Source: Macrostomum lignano (taxonomy: Eukaryota). From it: DNA of 64,000 nt. A model generated the notes under the pieces. The model saw only the letters and a program-made list of their open reading frames with translations, was not told the DNA's origin and did not search any database. The stretch lies in the NCBI GenBank assembly GCA_002269645.1, contig NIVC01001484.1, positions 1 to 64,000 on the forward strand, in the 5' to 3' direction. Below, in pieces: positions 51,478-64,000 of this stretch (the stretch's first letter is position 1; each line of letters begins with the position of its first letter). Made by a program: the position numbers and the translations under genes.

Positions 51478-53594
51478 TACTTTTTATATAAAAAATTGGT
51501 GTAATGTTTGTCTGTATGTGTGTTGCAATTTTTCTCCTAGACTACTGGCAAATCAGCGTTGTAACTTATATGAGAAAATTGCAAATTTTCTGGGTTAGGT
51601 TTAAGGCTATTTTTATTTTATTATTTTCATATTTTAACATGCTTAAAAAGCAGAAAACAGCTTTTAACCTTCTTTGGCCCTTCTGTCTTTCCAGTAAAAG
51701 GGTTGGCAGTTGGTTTGTACCCCAACCTCTGCCCGCAGGTTGCTGTGTATTACCCATAGTCAGGAAAGTGGCACAGTGTACGCCAGAATAATTTTTTGGG
51801 ACGATTTGTGCGCCGTCTATGCGCCATTTGTGCACTGTCTGTGCGCCGTCTGTGTGCCACTCTTCACGAGTAGAGTTTTCTAAGAAAGGCCTTCTTACGA
51901 AAAGCCTTTTTAAAATGTTACGCATATTTTCATTTTAAACAAACTTACATTATACTTACAAATATAGTAATGCAAAATTGACGTTTTTAGCAATAATTTA
52001 TACTAATTTTATTTACTGTTAATTTTAAAGAAGCAAAAAGTTTATCACTGACTTTCTAGACTATACAAATCTCCTTTATTTTACATAAAATTGTTAATTT
52101 GCATTACAATTTTCATGCATGTCAGGGACCTTATGCGCTGCAATTATGCGCTGCATGCGCTAGGGACCTCAGTGTGCACCAAGTGCGCCAAGGACCCCTT
52201 GTATGCGCCGCGCTTGTGCATCAATGTGTGTGCGGGAATTTTCCCCCTCAGAGGCCACCTTCCTGAATATGGTGTATTACAGGGGGGTGGGTGCACATGT
52301 TCTGTGTTCAATGCAAATAAACCCCCCGCATGTTGGGGGTGCAGTTAAATTTAATGATTCCCTAAGAACAGGGAATTGGGCTTGGGTGGAGTGTACATAG
52401 CAGTTGTACAGTGTAAGCAGATAGGACTGCCGATATTCAATTGGTTTTATTATTGGCGCCTTTCAATACGTAGCCCTCTGTCTTGCTGGGCAGTGAAATT
52501 CAATGAATAAACTTGCAAGCCTCCCACTTTAAATTTGAAAACTAAAAGCACAGCATTTAAAAAAAACTATTTCTATGCTTTTAACTTTCTGCAAAGATTG
52601 TAATCATTTTTGCAATATGAAATAAATAAAGTTGGGGGGGTTCAACTTCTTACTGCCACTGTGCCACTGGAGGGTTGATTTAGATTGCGTAACTGAGATG
52701 GATACTGACTGACTAAGAAATTGATTGCATTGCATTGATTGAGTCCAGATTCATGGAAAAGATTTTGATGGTCCTTAGTTGCACATAAAGGATTTATGTT
52801 TTGCAGAAAGGATGTCAATGGTTTTCAGTTTGACAGAGAGGACTTTTTATGTCTTTAGAGAGGAGTTGGATGATGGGATTCAGTATTCACCTGATGGAGT
52901 TTGGAGAATGGAATTCCAGTGATAGGAGTTCTTCCCCTTTCTCCTCCAATGGAGAAGTTTGGCCTCATTTTATATAAAACTAGAATTTTTATATTTTAGA
53001 TGTGAATGTTTTTTGTATTAATATAAATTGTTTTATAGTTATTAAGTTGAAGGTTTTTTAAAACTACAAAAAAATTAAGAATAATAATTTAAATTTGTTT
53101 CATGTACACGATACTTCATAATTAATATAGTGTATAAATAATTTAAAATATAAGGACTTCTTAAACTTTGTCTTTAGATACATAAAATACTTCCAATTTT
53201 CCAAATTTTCTGAAACTTGCCAGAGTCTTAGGGGCTGTACAAAATGATATTAAAGCAAAAAAAACTGCAAAAAATTATCTTCAGAGTTAACAGAAGCTCA
53301 ATTGGTTAATCCCCATGTAATTAGTGATAATTTGATGCAATCAGATTAGGAGATTTGTATATTTGAAAATTAAACTTTTTTTAAGAATTGTGACTTTTGA
53401 ATGTAAATATTTTCCATAATTTAATGAATTCATTTTAAAAGAACTATTTATTATTAGAGGCAGCGGGTTGTGTGCACCCTGGCGCACTTTAAGCAACATA
53501 GGCACACAACTGGCGAGAGGCATTACTGCCCATTCTGCCGACTCCCCTGAGCAGGCATATAAGCGCGCGGATATGTATGCAGGCACATGCTTGG

Positions 53595-53750
53595 GCGCAA
53601 CCTTGGGATTCACTCGGCCGTTTCTATTGGCAACACACACATGTAAGTCGCTATTGGACGGAATAGTAGTCACGTGACTGCTCTCAGCCAATAGCGACTT
53701 ACATGTGTGTGTTGCTAATAGAAACGGCCGGGTGATTCCCAAAGTTGCGC
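53595..53750. repeat. 156-bp imperfect palindrome centred on CACGTG
   Basis: Arms GCGCAACCTTGGG...GTCGCTATTGG (53595-53657) and CCAATAGCGAC...CCCAAAGTTGCGC (53688-53750); core AGTCACGTGACT. Confidence 0.85.
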
Positions 53751-54379
53751 ATGTATGTGCAGGCACACACTCACACAGGAGTGTACAATAGCCCTAACTT
53801 TATTTTATTGTTAGGCATGTATACTTCACTGCGCCTTGGGGGGTTGGCTTTCTAGGCACAAGCAGAGCCAAGTCAAGATTCTAATTCAGCCCCAAATTAA
53901 TGTGACTGCACTTGGAATCAAGCCTAGGTCGCTGGCACACCAGAGCCTGTGCTAGACTGCTGGGCTATGCCCCCCCCCATTTTTAAAAGAACATTTAGTG
54001 GGTTAGAATTTTAACTCCAATAAAAAGAGTGTCTATTCTAATTTTTTTCACTCAGTTTGTTATAGTGCAGCAAGAATGCCAGGTATGATTAGTGTTTTTA
54101 TAAAACGCTGACCCACAGTTTGCCACTACCCCTCACTTCCCACTTTTGATTTGCTTTCGTTCTGTCATGGTTGTGACTAGCCATGCCCATACATTCTTTA
54201 CTTGTTTATCTATACTCATTTCTACTAATCTATGTTGTCTTCTCTATTCTGAAGGTAACTACAGCTGCTGATATCAATTAGTTTGATAGGATTATAATTT
54301 TTCTCCATGAAAGTATATGATAACATGCTGAATTTTTTATTTAGGCTTCATTAAAATTCCCCTCTAGACCCCCTCAGTC

Positions 54380-54692
54380 TCCAAATTTATCTACCTAATC
54401 TTCAATAGACCCCATGCCTCTATTGAAGTTTAGGTATATAAAATCTATCCTTATGAAGATTCTCCCTATCCTAAAACCCCCAATTCCCATACCCTGTTGT
54501 TAGTGGTTGTTAGCCCCCCCTTGCCCCCCCCCTCCACCCAAAACTTGCCCCCTTCCTTCAGCCTCCAAATTTATCTACCTAATCCTAAATAGACCTCCAC
54601 GCCTCTATTGAAGTTTAGGGACATAAAATCATTCCCCATAAAGATTCTCCCTACTCTAAAACCCCCCATTCCCCATGCCCCAGTAGTTGGCT
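54380..54692. repeat. Degenerate tandem duplication, period about 183 bp
   Basis: CTCCAAATTTATCTACCTAATC...AAGATTCTCCCTA...AAACCCCCCA at about 54380 and again at about 54563. Confidence 0.75.
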
Positions 54693-55073
54693 TTATGCTA
54701 CAAAAAATGAAGCTAAAATTTGAAATCAGCACCATCAAGAACCATTATAGAGACAAAATTATGATCCGATCAAAACTGCAACTATTTTATCTACCTAAAG
54801 TTCAAGAAGCCCGAATATACTTGGCTATTTTAATTAGTCTTTGCTTGGATGTTAATATTAATAATATGGCTTGGTGAAAATATGCTTTTTATACTCAATT
54901 TACCATTTTATTTATCTAGGCAATATCTAGAAACATCAGTTGGCAATAATTAAATTCGATTTTTGTATTTCAGCTGGCCTTACAGATTTTAAGAACAATT
55001 CAAGAACATCTCTAATCTGCTGTGGCATTTTTGGCCCATGATTTGCATTTCATAGTCAGCTGCTAACAGAAAC

Positions 55074-62869
<7,796 letters not shown>

Positions 62870-62937
62870 GGTCTGTCTGCTCAGTGCTTGGGCGGGGAAC
62901 TCGCGCATCCTACAGACCCTGTACTGTATGGTATTCT

Positions 62938-63320
62938 GCTTCTCTCTCTCCCCCTGCTTCTTTCTCTCCCTGCTTCTCTCTCTCCCTGCTTCTCTCTCTC
63001 CCTGCTTCTCTCTCTCCCTGCTTCTCTCTCTCCCTGCTTCTCTCTCTCCCTGCTTCTCTCTTCCTGCTTCTCTCTCTCCCTGCTTCTCTCTCTCCCTGCT
63101 TCTCTCTCTCCCTGCTTCTCTCTCTCCCTGCTTCTCTCTCCCTGCTTCTCTCTCTCCCTGCTTCTCTCCCTGCTTCTCTCTCTCCCTGCTTCTCTCTCTC
63201 CCTGCTTCTCTCTCTCCCTGCTTCTCTCTCCCTGCTTCTCTCTCCCTGCTTCTCTCTCTCCCTGCTTCTCTCTCTCCCTGCTTCTCTCTCCCTGCTTCTC
63301 TCTCTCCCTGCTTCCCTCCC
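62938..63320. repeat. 16-18 bp pyrimidine repeat (CCCTGCTTCTCTCTCT)n downstream of the FER stop
   Basis: Directly visible. Confidence 0.95.
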
Positions 63321-64000
63321 GACTTCTCAACATTAGCACTCACGCTGGCTCTCACTCATGCGAGAATCGCCAGTTGCACAAACGTGTTGTATTTCTGTTC
63401 AATTTTACCAGTTTTGTAGTTTTGCTTTGCTGTTTTTCCTGTTCTTAGCTGTTCAACAAAAATTGTTATAGATGCCCGAATCTGTGTAGAAAATTCTGAT
63501 TTCTCTCACCTGCTCTAGCACCCCCCGTCTGTCTGCTTGCTCATGCTTTATTTGTAGATACCATTTCCTGATTCTGACTTTTAGCGTATCGTCAAAAAAT
63601 GTTTTGTTTCCTTCTTTGTACCGTGTAGATAATGTTTTTGTACTTTAACTAGGCTGTGCTAGTGCTGTAATTGCAGCTTACTGCAGGCTGTGATCCACCT
63701 CTCCTGCTCTTACCTATTTTTGTCAAGGGATAATTCTTAAAAAACTTTTTGAGAGCATTTTCAGATGATGAAATGCCGGAGTTATTGTTTTTTGAATTTT
63801 TATTTGCCTACTAGTTTTACTTTTAGCAGAATATTTTATCATATTCATGCACTTTATGCCTTGAGTTTGATGCCACCTTTGTTTTGCTTGTTGCGCACCA
63901 GTTAAGCATGTTGATTTTCCACTCCAATGACCCCAACGACTCCACTCCAATGTACACTCTGTGACCCCAACCCCTCCCCACTATAATGTACACTTTCTGA

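Overview
Repeat-dense eukaryotic (metazoan, standard code) DNA with GT-AG introns that are either very short (37-95 nt) or inflated by minisatellites; the style resembles a free-living flatworm such as Macrostomum, but that is inference only. Gene models built by hand from splice sites and phase: a giant ankyrin-repeat gene (+, 3293-8830), a hidden 5-exon 226-aa orphan gene (-, 15079-11098) with a truncated duplicate 34.5 kb away (49339-48334), a divergent POT/PTR2 (SLC15-like) transporter (+, 44729-46157), a broken cytosolic sulfotransferase (-, 46917-46335) and a complete 10-exon FER/FES tyrosine kinase (+, 55074-62869, 942 aa). The dominant structure is a 25-kb head-to-tail Helitron array on the minus strand (15541-40647, A|TC...CTAG|T). 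It has nine elements joined by eight exact CTAG|TC junctions: one internally deleted coding element (STPR-like repeats, OTU, PIF1-helicase C-terminus, and a spliced RPA70-like gene) plus eight non-autonomous units carrying a 30-bp central minisatellite. Also present: two 5'-truncated RTE-type retroposon copies, each with an 11-bp TSD and each inside a minisatellite; several MITEs, including a 34-bp TIR-only element with an 8-bp TSD; and many unrelated tandem repeats. No database searches were run. Single-base indels in homopolymers may be assembly errors.
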